A DNA stretch of 64,000 nucleotides from Nitrospirota bacterium (GTDB lineage Bacteria > Nitrospirota > Thermodesulfovibrionia > UBA6902 > DSMQ01), in NCBI GenBank assembly GCA_016212185.1, contig JACRGX010000069.1:673-64672 (forward strand), given 5' to 3'. A model generated the notes under the pieces. That model was not told where the DNA came from, made no database searches, and saw only the letters and a list, made by a program, of their open reading frames with translations. The translations under genes and the position numbers were made by a program. Every line of letters starts with the position of its first letter. Within the stretch, counting starts at the first letter, position 1. This document shows positions 29,424 through 38,270 of this stretch, piece by piece.

Positions 29424-30374
29424 TTATCTGTGGCAAATTATTTTTTTTATTTTGTTTAATAAAATAGTTTCAATTTCATCCTCGTTATCAGACGGCATGG
29501 GCACATTGTCAAACAACTCCCATCTTTCAATATGCTCTGCTTTTGCCCCCGGCTCAAGCAAGGTAAGCGGTGACAGCGTTTCCATCTCCAGCATGAAATC
29601 ATTTGTGTATGTTTCATATGATACACCAAAATCAGGATAGCGCGCATCTGTTTTATGCGTGTAATATTTTATGAAGAGATGATTGTGATTAAAATATGCA
29701 GCCCACCCGTTTTCATTGGAAGCGCCGAATTTAAAGGGCTTTGTCATGCCTGTATTTTGCTGCAGAATGATATATTTATCTCCCCAGCATGCACGCGGGT
29801 CATTCAGTTTTGTATAAGGCCAGAGTGATATTATCCGGTTTGGCAGCAGTCCTGTATCTTTACTGCTCTGGGGAATGACCTCCTTGCCTCCTTTTGCCAT
29901 TGCCGACAGGCTCCACACCGAAAGTTCAACAGGCCATGGCCCTTTATTAATCAGGCGGTGAATAATTTTGACTGCAGTGTTGCCGGTAGAGAGTGTAACC
30001 TCCATTTCTTTTTTAATTAGGGTATGCGGTTCAGTGTCCTGAGTGGTTTTTATGCCGTCATGAAATTTTTCCCATTCTACCGGATTGTTGTCAGGCACAT
30101 AAGTCCGCGGCATTGATTCCGGGCTGTGCCAAAGGCGGTGCCCTCCGTAGATCCGCCACTCGTCCCCGCCTGTTAATCCCATAGTTGATTCAATCTCGCA
30201 AAACTCATTCTCCTGTCCAACAAAGCCGTATCTGATTATGCGCGGACCTACATCAACAGTCACTATTAAATCAACTATGCCGTTTGTGAGCTGTATGCAG
30301 TTTTGCCATCCGGCATATGGGATTATTTGTGTTTTTATTGAAGACATGAAAGTAAGGTTAAATCCAAATTTCAA
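29424..30374 (-). CDS. Conserved hypothetical protein (possibly DUF4380 / mutarotase-like beta-sandwich)
   Basis: 316 aa, no signal peptide or TM, beta-rich composition, GGHRLWHSPE segment. The family call is tentative. An alternative start is M10 (30347). Confidence 0.35.
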   Translation of the reverse strand: MKFGFNLTFMSSIKTQIIPYAGWQNCIQLTNGIVDLIVTVDVGPRIIRYGFVGQENEFCEIESTMGLTGGDEWRIYGGHRLWHSPESMPRTYVPDNNPVEWEKFHDGIKTTQDTEPHTLIKKEMEVTLSTGNTAVKIIHRLINKGPWPVELSVWSLSAMAKGGKEVIPQSSKDTGLLPNRIISLWPYTKLNDPRACWGDKYIILQQNTGMTKPFKFGASNENGWAAYFNHNHLFIKYYTHKTDARYPDFGVSYETYTNDFMLEMETLSPLTLLEPGAKAEHIERWELFDNVPMPSDNEDEIETILLNKIKKIICHR

Positions 30375-30449
30375 AATCCAAATGCCAAATAAATTTATAA
30401 TTTAAGCGTTAATATTTGAATTTTGAGCTTTGATATTTGACATTTTAGC

Positions 30450-30971
30450 TCAGACGCTTTCTTTGAATATGGCTATATAAGGAAGATTTCTGAACCTGTT
30501 TTCATAGTCAAGCCCGTAGCCGACTATATATTCGTCAGGTATCTCAAAGCCGATATAGTCCAGCGGCACATCAACTTTCCTCCGCGGTTTTTTATCCAGA
30601 AATGCACATATCTTAAGCGAGGCAGGCTGGCGTGTGAGGAGCATCTTCCTTAAATGATTGAGAGTAAAGCCTGTATCCACAATATCTTCTATTAAAATTA
30701 CATCCTTGCCTTTTATGTCTTCCCTTAAATCGGTGCGTATGTCAATTTCCCCTGTGGACTCTGTCTTTGCATAACTTGACACAATGAGGAAATCAATTGT
30801 CATGGGGACCTGAATGGTCCTTACAATATCGGCAAAAAACATAAAGGCGCCTTTTAATATTCCAACTGCCAAAATTTCCTTTCCTTCATAGTCACGGGAG
30901 ATTTTTCCTGCAAGTTCTTTTACCCTTTGCTGAATTTGCTCTACTGTTAAGAATGGCTTGCTGATTATCAT
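30450..30971 (-). CDS. hpt: Hypoxanthine phosphoribosyltransferase
   Basis: PRPP motif DVILIEDIVDTGFTL and C-terminal GYGLDY...RNLPYI. Confidence 0.9.
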   Translation of the reverse strand: MIISKPFLTVEQIQQRVKELAGKISRDYEGKEILAVGILKGAFMFFADIVRTIQVPMTIDFLIVSSYAKTESTGEIDIRTDLREDIKGKDVILIEDIVDTGFTLNHLRKMLLTRQPASLKICAFLDKKPRRKVDVPLDYIGFEIPDEYIVGYGLDYENRFRNLPYIAIFKESV

Positions 30972-31140
30972 AATTTTTTCTCCTGTGAGTTTTAGTTATA
31001 TGTTATTTGTTATCCGAACAATATATAGCTTATAACGAATTTCTTAAGTTGCTTCAACACTTGACCCCTTGAATCCTTGAATCCTGTCTTTCTGTTTATG
31101 TCCTTGACACCATTTATAATATAAAGATATAATTTTTTCA

Positions 31141-32439
31141 ATGAAAAAGAAAGTCTTTTTTGCTTTTTTTGTTGTTTCTGCTGTTTTTCTCCTGCCTGTC
31201 CTCTCTAATGCCGACATAATAATCATTAAGGCAAGCGGCGTTGTAAACCCTGTAATGGCAGAGTATATATCCAAAAGCATTGATGAGGCGGTAAAGGAAA
31301 AAGCCGGCGCCCTTGTTATTGAACTTGATACCCCCGGAGGGCTTGATGCATCAATGAGGATTATAGTTAAAAAAATAATAGCAAGCGAAACCCCTGTGGT
31401 GGTTTATGTATCTCCGAGCGGTTCAAGGGCGGCGTCTGCCGGCGTCTTCATAACGCTTTCCGCGCATGTGGCTGCTATGGCTCCGGGCACGAATATCGGA
31501 GCCGCACATCCCGTTGGTCTGGACGGAAAGATGGACAAGACAATGTCCGAGAAGGTGGAAAACGATGCCGCCGCATACATAAAATCAATAGCAGAGAAAA
31601 GGGGCAGGGACTCAAAATGGGCAGAGGATGCTGTGAGAAAAAGCATATCTGCTACTGAGGCGGAGGCGCTTAAAAGGAACATCATAGATTTAGTGGCGCC
31701 TGATATGGGCACGTTGCTGAAGGATATCCACGGCAGGGAGGTGGAAACAGCGGCAGGCAGGCGCGTTATAAATACCAAAGATGTCAGGGTTAAGTATCAT
31801 GAAATTAATCTGAGGCATAAATTATTAAGCCTCATCAGCGACCCTAATGTGGCATATATATTATTGATGCTTGGTTTTTACGGCATATTTTTTGAACTTA
31901 CAAACCCGGGCGCTGTATTCCCGGGCGTATTCGGCGCCATATCGCTGATACTTGCATTTTATTCACTGCAGACACTGCCTGTAAATTATGCCGGACTTTT
32001 TTTGATTATTCTCGGCATTATCTTCTTTATCCTTGAGATTAAAATTGTTTCTTACGGTTTGCTTACCTTGGGCGGTATAATAGCCATGTTTATTGGTTCT
32101 CTTATGCTTTTTGAATCGCCGCTGCCGTTTTTAAAACTTTCAATAAAGGTTATTCTTCCGGCAGTGGTGCTTACCGCATTGTTTTTCACCCTGACTATCA
32201 GGCTTGCGGTAAAGGCCTACAGGCGGAAGCCGGTTACAGGCATGGAAGGCTTAATCGGGCTTGAAGGCGTGGCAAAAACAGATGTTAACGATAAAGGCGG
32301 GACGGTCTTTGTGCACGGGGAGATATGGAAGGCGTGGAGCGATGAGTTGATAAAAACGGGCGAAAATGTCAAAGTTGTTTCAATTGAAAACTTAAAGCTG
32401 AAGGTTTATCCTGTTAGAAAAGCCGGTTCTGACGGATAA
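31141..32439 (+). CDS. NfeD-family membrane-bound ClpP-class serine protease
   Basis: Signal peptide, ClpP-like domain (SRAASAG), four to five TM helices and a C-terminal NfeD OB domain. Upstream of a stomatin gene. Confidence 0.85.
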   Translation: MKKKVFFAFFVVSAVFLLPVLSNADIIIIKASGVVNPVMAEYISKSIDEAVKEKAGALVIELDTPGGLDASMRIIVKKIIASETPVVVYVSPSGSRAASAGVFITLSAHVAAMAPGTNIGAAHPVGLDGKMDKTMSEKVENDAAAYIKSIAEKRGRDSKWAEDAVRKSISATEAEALKRNIIDLVAPDMGTLLKDIHGREVETAAGRRVINTKDVRVKYHEINLRHKLLSLISDPNVAYILLMLGFYGIFFELTNPGAVFPGVFGAISLILAFYSLQTLPVNYAGLFLIILGIIFFILEIKIVSYGLLTLGGIIAMFIGSLMLFESPLPFLKLSIKVILPAVVLTALFFTLTIRLAVKAYRRKPVTGMEGLIGLEGVAKTDVNDKGGTVFVHGEIWKAWSDELIKTGENVKVVSIENLKLKVYPVRKAGSDG

Positions 32440-32457
32440 AAAGAAAGGGGGAGTAAG

Positions 32458-33216
32458 ATGCCTATATTTTCAACAGGTTTTATTCTGGTTGTTATCATGG
32501 TTATATACTTTTTGTCAAGCGCCATAAAGATTCTCCGTGAATACGAAAGAGGTGTTGTTTTCAGGCTTGGCAGGCTGATACCTATCAAAGGCCCCGGTCT
32601 TGTGATAATCTGGCCTGTCATTGATAAGCTTGTCAAGGTGGGGTTAAGGACTGTGACGCTGGATGTGCCTCCGCAGGATATAATTACGAGAGACAATGTT
32701 ACTGTAAAGGTAAACGCAGTTATGTATTACAGGGTTATTGACCCTACAAAGGCAATAACAGAAGTAGAGTCTTTTGATTATGCAACATCCCAGATAGCGC
32801 AGACAACGTTGAGGAGCGTTCTCGGACAGAGCCAGCTTGACGACCTCCTTGCCAAGCGGGATGAATTAAATATGGAACTTCAGAAAATCATAGACCAGCA
32901 GACAGAGCCGTGGGGTATTAAGGTTACGGCGGTTGAGGTAAAAAATGTTGACCTCCCTGCCGAGATGCAGAGGGCCATCGCAAGGCAGGCGGAAGCTGAA
33001 AGGGAAAGAAGGGCAAAGATAATTCATGCAGAGGGAGAGTTTCAGGCGTCCCAGAAACTCGCTGATGCAGCAGTGATAATAGGCAGTACGCCTATGGCTT
33101 TGCAATTAAGATACCTTCAGACGCTGACAGAGGTGGCGGCAGAGAAGAATTCAACAATTTTGTTCCCGCTGCCCATAGACCTTGTAACTCCGTTTTTGAA
33201 AAAAGCAGAGAAATAG
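32458..33216 (+). CDS. SPFH/band-7 (stomatin-like) protein
   Basis: N-terminal anchor, [15 protein letters not shown] and a C-terminal AEAEREARAKI-type helix. Confidence 0.9.
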   Translation: MPIFSTGFILVVIMVIYFLSSAIKILREYERGVVFRLGRLIPIKGPGLVIIWPVIDKLVKVGLRTVTLDVPPQDIITRDNVTVKVNAVMYYRVIDPTKAITEVESFDYATSQIAQTTLRSVLGQSQLDDLLAKRDELNMELQKIIDQQTEPWGIKVTAVEVKNVDLPAEMQRAIARQAEAERERRAKIIHAEGEFQASQKLADAAVIIGSTPMALQLRYLQTLTEVAAEKNSTILFPLPIDLVTPFLKKAEK

Positions 33217-33381
33217 AAAAGGTTGAAGGATGAGGGATGAAGGTTGGTTTCCCCTCTAAAAAGAGGGGTACGGGGGTGTGTTGTAAATAAAGACTTGACA
33301 ATAACAGCATACATGCCTTTAAAACTTTAAGAAATTTGCGAAAACTCTCTGTGCTTTTGGTACAGGGTTACCTTAATTTTC

Positions 33382-33487
33382 GTCATTCCGTCCCGATACA
33401 TCGGGAATGCGGAATCCAGACGTCGTCCTCATGAAAATGGGGAACTAGAATTTTATAATCCTGGATTCCCGCCTACGCGGGAATGAC
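33382..33487. repeat. Nested palindromic element, GTCATTCC family, copy 5
   Basis: gtcattccgtcccgatacatcgggaatgcggaatccag...cctggattcccgcctacgcgggaatgac. Confidence 0.8.
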
Positions 33488-33533
33488 AGCTATAGGAATT
33501 GAAGAATTTTTTCCGGACACTACTAATATAAAC

Positions 33534-33821
33534 ATGCAGATAAATGAAGATAAAAAGCATACGATAACAACCATTCAGCAGGCAAAACGGGTTGTCAGGA
33601 TTGTGGTTGGATTTACGGTGCTGTTTATCGGAGTTGCTATGATTGTTTTGCCGGGGCCTGCTACTGTAGTGATTCCAATTGGTCTGGCTATTCTTGCGAC
33701 AGAGTTTGTCTGGGCAAGAAAATTATATAAACGTTTTAAAGATGGCGCAAGCAGCGTTAAAAAATCTATTTTTAATAACAACAAAGATAAAAAGGCACAA
33801 AGGGACAAAGGCACAGAGTGA
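33534..33821 (+). CDS. PGPGW-domain small membrane protein
   Basis: VLPGPATVVIPIGLAILATEFVWARK. Start trimmed to ATG 33534 because 33483-33533 is repeat sequence. Confidence 0.6.
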   Translation: MQINEDKKHTITTIQQAKRVVRIVVGFTVLFIGVAMIVLPGPATVVIPIGLAILATEFVWARKLYKRFKDGASSVKKSIFNNNKDKKAQRDKGTE

Positions 33822-33883
33822 CAGCAGAACAACGGCACAAAGGCAGAAACTTTTTGCCTTTGTCACTCAGCGCCTTCTTTATT

Positions 33884-35299
33884 TCATGCGCTTATATCCA
33901 TTTCCCCTATCAAAAGGCTTGGGGAGCCGATGTTGCCGTAGAATCTGAGGTCGCTTCCAACTTCTTCTACTTTTTTAAACAATTCAAGGATATTGCCTGA
34001 AATAAGCGCCTCTTTTACCGGATACACTGCCGAGCCGTTTTCAATCCAGAGTCCTGAGATGCCTATTGAAAAATCACCTGAAATCGGATTTGCAGTATGC
34101 ACGCCCATTGCATCAAGAACGAGGAGACCTTTTGATAGCGACTTTATTAAAGGGTTTGAGGGTTCAAAGGTTCGGGGATTCGAGTGAAAAATTACTTGAC
34201 CCCTTAAATCCTTGAATCCTTGAATCCTAACTTTTTTGTACGGTTCTATATACAAATTAGTCACATCCACGCCGGGCAGGCTTTTAAAACTTCCCCTTAC
34301 GGCATTTCCGGTTGATGCGACGCCGTCTTTTTTTGCGGTATAGGTATTATGAATAAAGGCGGTGAGCCTGCCTTCGGAGATAAGGGTCTTTTTTGAGCCG
34401 GGCATGCCTTCATCATCAACAGGCTTAGTGCCGATTCCCCACGGCATAAGGGCATTGTCAATCACATTGATGAGAGGGCTTATGATTTGCTCTCCGATTT
34501 TGCCTGCAAGAAAAGACCTTTTTTTCTGCACGGCGTCTGCGGATAAGGATGCGCTTAAAATGCCGAGAAAGTTAAATGCAGTTGATGAATCAAGTATAAC
34601 AGGCGCCTTGACAGGTGAAATCTTCCTTGCGCCTAAAAAGCTTATTGCCATTTTTGACGCATTTGCGCCGGTTGATGTGAAATCTATATCACTCAGTCTT
34701 CTGCTGACTGCAAAATCCCCGCCGAGCTGATTGTCCTGCCCGTCGCTTGCCAGCGCCAGAATATGGGCTGTTGCAGCACTTGTTTTGTATGAAATGTTTA
34801 TGCCTTTGGAATTATATATTGCAGTGGTGGAAACGCTGAAAATCGCCATTGCGTTTCTTACCTTTTTTATCCTCTTATCAAAATTTACAGCGCCTTCTTC
34901 CAGAATAAAAGCCTTTTTTATGGCATCTTCTTCGCTGATGTTTTCAATTTCTTTGTCCAGCACTAAAATCCCCCCCATCCCCCCTTTGTCAAAGGGGGGA
35001 TGGGGGGGATTTGGAATTTCATTATATTGGTCTGCCTCTGTCCACAAAGTCCCTTCAACTGCCTTTTCCACCGCCTGCCTGAGTTCTTCGGGCTTTGTTA
35101 TATATGAAAAACCGAGTTTCCTGTTTTTTAAAACCCTAACCGCAATGCCGCAGTCATTGGCGGCCTCAAGCGCCTCAACAGCTTTATACTTGACCTCAAC
35201 AGACAGTCTTTTGGAGGTTTTTATAAAAACCTCGGCTGCGTCGCAGCCGCTTTTTAGGGCTTGTTCAACTGCATCAGAAGCTAATAATCCGGTGTCCAT
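33884..35299 (-). CDS. pmbA: TldD/PmbA-family metalloprotease
   Basis: N-terminal DAAEVFIKTSKRLSVEV...GIAVRVL and C-terminal SGDFSIGISGLWIENG. Carries two in-frame repeat insertions (34151-34228, 34966-35012). Confidence 0.85.
   Translation of the reverse strand: MDTGLLASDAVEQALKSGCDAAEVFIKTSKRLSVEVKYKAVEALEAANDCGIAVRVLKNRKLGFSYITKPEELRQAVEKAVEGTLWTEADQYNEIPNPPHPPFDKGGMGGILVLDKEIENISEEDAIKKAFILEEGAVNFDKRIKKVRNAMAIFSVSTTAIYNSKGINISYKTSAATAHILALASDGQDNQLGGDFAVSRRLSDIDFTSTGANASKMAISFLGARKISPVKAPVILDSSTAFNFLGILSASLSADAVQKKRSFLAGKIGEQIISPLINVIDNALMPWGIGTKPVDDEGMPGSKKTLISEGRLTAFIHNTYTAKKDGVASTGNAVRGSFKSLPGVDVTNLYIEPYKKVRIQGFKDLRGQVIFHSNPRTFEPSNPLIKSLSKGLLVLDAMGVHTANPISGDFSIGISGLWIENGSAVYPVKEALISGNILELFKKVEEVGSDLRFYGNIGSPSLLIGEMDISA
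34966..35012. repeat. 47-bp perfect palindrome inside the pmbA CDS
   Basis: aaatC7atC6tttg-t-caaaG6atG7attt, i.e. 23-bp arms around one central base. Read in frame as PNPPHPPFDKGGMGGI. Confidence 0.9.
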
Positions 35300-35363
35300 A
35301 ACCTGTATTATACAATATAAAAAATTATACTTGTTTTTGAACCGGACATCTTAATGATATAAT

Positions 35364-35404
35364 TATGTAATGGATTACATAATAAATATGTAATCCATTA
35401 CATA
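35364..35404. promoter_or_regulatory. Candidate enhancer/operator: 18-bp inverted repeat with a 5-bp spacer
   Basis: tatgtaatggattacata-ataaa-tatgtaatccattacata. Each half is itself near-palindromic. It lies 53-108 bp upstream of the -24/-12 promoter. Confidence 0.45.
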
Positions 35405-35456
35405 GAGAGGCATTAAAATTTTAACTATCTCATTGTAAAATCAGGCTATTTGTTAT

Positions 35457-35472
35457 TGGCAGTTTTTTTGCA
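35457..35472 (+). promoter_or_regulatory. Sigma54 (-24/-12) promoter of the minor-pilin operon
   Basis: TGGCAGtttttTTGCA matches TGGCAC-N5-TTGCW with correct GG/GC spacing, 29 nt upstream of ATG 35501. Confidence 0.6.
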
Positions 35473-35500
35473 TATTTAGGTAATGGAGGGAGAGTTGAGA

Positions 35501-36208
35501 ATGCTGACGGCAGTGAGGGGATACAGAAGGACTATCACAGGAAGCAGAGGTGTGACATTAATTGAACTCATAGTCGCTGTTGCTATAATTGCAATAATAG
35601 CTCTTTTTACAGCCCCCCAGATCGGAAGATTCAAGTCAAATTATAACTTGAGGTCGTGCGCAACAGAATTGTTTCAGAATATGAGGCTTGCAAGGGCTAT
35701 GGCGATAAATGAAAATAGGGCATATTTGATAGTATTTGATACTTTAAACGGAAGATATCTTATCGGTTTTGACGCTGACGGGGATGATGCGCTTACCACC
35801 GCGAATAATGATACGTTCGGCTTTTGCAAAGATGCTGACGGCGACAGGCTGCCTGAAGGAGATACAGACGCTGACGGAGACGGCGTGCCTGACTGTGTGA
35901 GGGTAGTGAACCTGAACAATTGCGGGGACAACATCGTCTTTGGCTATGGGAGCGGAACTACTCCGCCCAACAGGCCTGACGGTGCTGCAATTTCAACATC
36001 AGGCATAGGATTAGATAGCGGTGCATCATTTATCAGTTTTACAGCCAACGGAGCGGCAGAAACTACAGGGCTGATTTATATGCAGCAGACAAGCCGCGGG
36101 TATAGTTATAGTGTGCAGATAAGCAATACCTCAGGCAGTATGAATATGTGGAAATGGAATGGAGACAAAGACAACTCAACAGTTACGACATGGACGGAGA
36201 TAAGATGA
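35501..36208 (+). CDS. GspH/FimT-family minor pseudopilin with Asp-rich calcium-type repeats
   Basis: Prepilin leader ...GSRG|VTLIELIVAVAIIAII and a GspH-like region (RSCATELFQNMRLARAMAI). Start at ATG 35501 behind a ggagggag RBS; the track ORF begins at 35483. Confidence 0.75.
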   Translation: MLTAVRGYRRTITGSRGVTLIELIVAVAIIAIIALFTAPQIGRFKSNYNLRSCATELFQNMRLARAMAINENRAYLIVFDTLNGRYLIGFDADGDDALTTANNDTFGFCKDADGDRLPEGDTDADGDGVPDCVRVVNLNNCGDNIVFGYGSGTTPPNRPDGAAISTSGIGLDSGASFISFTANGAAETTGLIYMQQTSRGYSYSVQISNTSGSMNMWKWNGDKDNSTVTTWTEIR

Positions 36209-36687
36209 AAACAGTTCACGGTTCACAGTTCACAGTTCACGGACAAAAAGGTCTTACTTTAATTGAGGTTTTAATAGCGCTGACAATTCTTTCAATCGGA
36301 CTGCTGGGTGTCGCCTTAATGCAGGTAACGTCAATAAGCGGGGGAATGTTTGGCAGGGAAATGGCTGTTTCAACAACGCTTGGACAGGATATGCTTGAAA
36401 AACTCAGAACCCTTGAGTATACGTCGTTAACCACTGATAATGCCCTGCTGTCGGGTAACCACCCGGACTCTACGGATGTGTCAGACGGGCTGGCGGTGGG
36501 TGTGGGCAGCGCCAATATCACAGATGAGCGCGGACAAACTACAGGTCCGCAGATTTATACGAGGACCTGGTCAGTGACGGACAGCAGCCCTGCAACGAAC
36601 ATGAAGACCCTTACGGTTACTATAAGTTGGACCGCAAAAGGAGCCGCACATTCAATAATAATGACAGGGGTGAAGGTGAGGTCATGA
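36205..36687 (+). CDS. pilV: Type IV pilus minor pilin PilV
   Basis: ...GQKG|LTLIEVLIALTILSIGLLGVALMQ. ATGA overlap with the preceding gene. Confidence 0.75.
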   Translation: MKTVHGSQFTVHGQKGLTLIEVLIALTILSIGLLGVALMQVTSISGGMFGREMAVSTTLGQDMLEKLRTLEYTSLTTDNALLSGNHPDSTDVSDGLAVGVGSANITDERGQTTGPQIYTRTWSVTDSSPATNMKTLTVTISWTAKGAAHSIIMTGVKVRS

Positions 36688-37628
36688 AAATACAGATTAC
36701 AGAACACAGATTACAGAGCACAGATTACAGAACACGGAAAAACAGTCGGGGTTCTGGGCTCTGGTCCCTGGGTTCTAAGAGTGGGTTTACCTTAACTGAA
36801 TTATTGCTTGCGCTTGTCATAACGGCCCTTGCGACTGCGGCGGTTTACACGTCTTTTATAGTTCAGCAGCGTTCGTTTGTATCTCAGGATCAACTGGCAG
36901 AGACACAGGTATCTTCAAAAATTGCTTTTGACATGATTGCCAATGATGTAAGAAATGCCGGTTTCGGATATCCGGCTGCTGAGAATCCTTCCATAAACGG
37001 CAGCACCGGAGCGGTCACTATAAGTGATGCGGCAGGACCGAACAACAGCGATACTATTACCCTTCTTGCAGGGTTCAAAAGTATTGCAACTCTTTATGGT
37101 GCAGATGCCGTTATAGGAGGCACAACCATCAGTATAAGCTACACAGGCACAACTTATTTTAATTTAACCGACAGGAGATACCTGAGCCTTGACGGGCTGG
37201 ATTTTGCTCAGATAAACAACTGCACCCTGCAGGATGGGAATTGCTCGTCTTTATATGCCTTGACCCTTGACAGGGGAATAAATAAGCCGTTTCCTATCGG
37301 CAGGTTTATATATCTTGTTGAGAGCGTTACATATCAAATCAGCGGAAGCGATCTGCAGAGGGTTTCAACAAGCAGAGGCACTGAAATAGTCGCCAATAAC
37401 ATTGAGGATTTTCAGGTTGCAGCCGTAGATCAGGACGGAGACGGCAAGACGGACCGGCTCAGGGTGAGTCTCCTTGCGCGCACTGCAAATGAAGACCAGA
37501 CGCTTGAGCCGTCCACAAAACCGTACTATTCTACCGGAATTGTCATTGAAGGCAACACAACGCTTGACACGGATAAATTCAGGAGAAGGGTGTGGACGAT
37601 GGAACTATCGCTGAGGAATCCGATATGA
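36684..37628 (+). CDS. pilW: Type IV pilus minor pilin PilW
   Basis: ...GSKSG|FTLTELLLALVITALATAAVY and a PilW-like body. ATGA overlap. Unusually long 33-aa leader encoded by word repeats. Confidence 0.75.
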   Translation: MKIQITEHRLQSTDYRTRKNSRGSGLWSLGSKSGFTLTELLLALVITALATAAVYTSFIVQQRSFVSQDQLAETQVSSKIAFDMIANDVRNAGFGYPAAENPSINGSTGAVTISDAAGPNNSDTITLLAGFKSIATLYGADAVIGGTTISISYTGTTYFNLTDRRYLSLDGLDFAQINNCTLQDGNCSSLYALTLDRGINKPFPIGRFIYLVESVTYQISGSDLQRVSTSRGTEIVANNIEDFQVAAVDQDGDGKTDRLRVSLLARTANEDQTLEPSTKPYYSTGIVIEGNTTLDTDKFRRRVWTMELSLRNPI

Positions 37629-38227
37629 AGAAACAGGCAGCAGGTCACAGGTCACGATTGACAGTAGAAAATGAAAAAGGCATTGTCCTTATTGTGAGCC
37701 TTTTGCTTTTGCTTGTGGCAACTGTGGTCGGCATAGCAGCGCTCTCAACATCTACGACAAATGTTATAATTGCCGGTAATCAGAGAGTAAAAGAGATCAA
37801 TTTTGCCGGCGCAGACAGCGGCGCATATATATGCGCCGCTATCATTGATAACACGGCTTTTTACAGCAGTGTTGACTCAAATTATTCTTCGCTGGTTCAG
37901 GACAGCAGCGATTTTCTGGATGAGATTAACGGCGGAGACAGCGGTGATTGTCCTGTATCGTCTCCGACTTGCACAAATCCTGCCCCGGATATACAATTTA
38001 CCATGGGAAGCGGCTCTTCAGCAATTACGGTTTCCATAGATGTTGATTACCTTTATGCCGCTTTTTCTGCAGGCAGCGCAGTAGAGTTTGCATCAGGTTA
38101 TGAGGGGCTTGGCAAGAGCGCTTCCGGAGGGGGCGCGAGCATTTATTATGCAGTGACTTCTGTCGGACAGGGCAGTGTCGGATCGGAGAATTCCGTATAT
38201 GCAGTATATAGATATGTTACTAAATAG
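37625..38227 (+). CDS. pilX: PilX-like minor pilin (PilX N-terminal domain)
   Basis: EKGIVLIVSLLLLLVATVVGIAALSTSTTNVIIAGNQRV. ATGA overlap. Confidence 0.65.
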   Translation: MKKQAAGHRSRLTVENEKGIVLIVSLLLLLVATVVGIAALSTSTTNVIIAGNQRVKEINFAGADSGAYICAAIIDNTAFYSSVDSNYSSLVQDSSDFLDEINGGDSGDCPVSSPTCTNPAPDIQFTMGSGSSAITVSIDVDYLYAAFSAGSAVEFASGYEGLGKSASGGGASIYYAVTSVGQGSVGSENSVYAVYRYVTK

Positions 38228-38270
38228 GCGTGTGAAATTGCATTTTGTAAGAATGCCGAAGGAGGCGGGA

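Noticed and set aside
31044-31280. 78-aa minus-strand ORF upstream of and overlapping the nfeD start
   Set aside because: It overlaps the NfeD signal-peptide region in antisense, and its 3' end is a repeat arm. It shows no coding signal.
34731-35354. 207-aa plus-strand ORF
   Set aside because: It is antisense to pmbA/tldD. The Ser/Ala/Leu-rich mirror-frame composition is typical of shadow ORFs.
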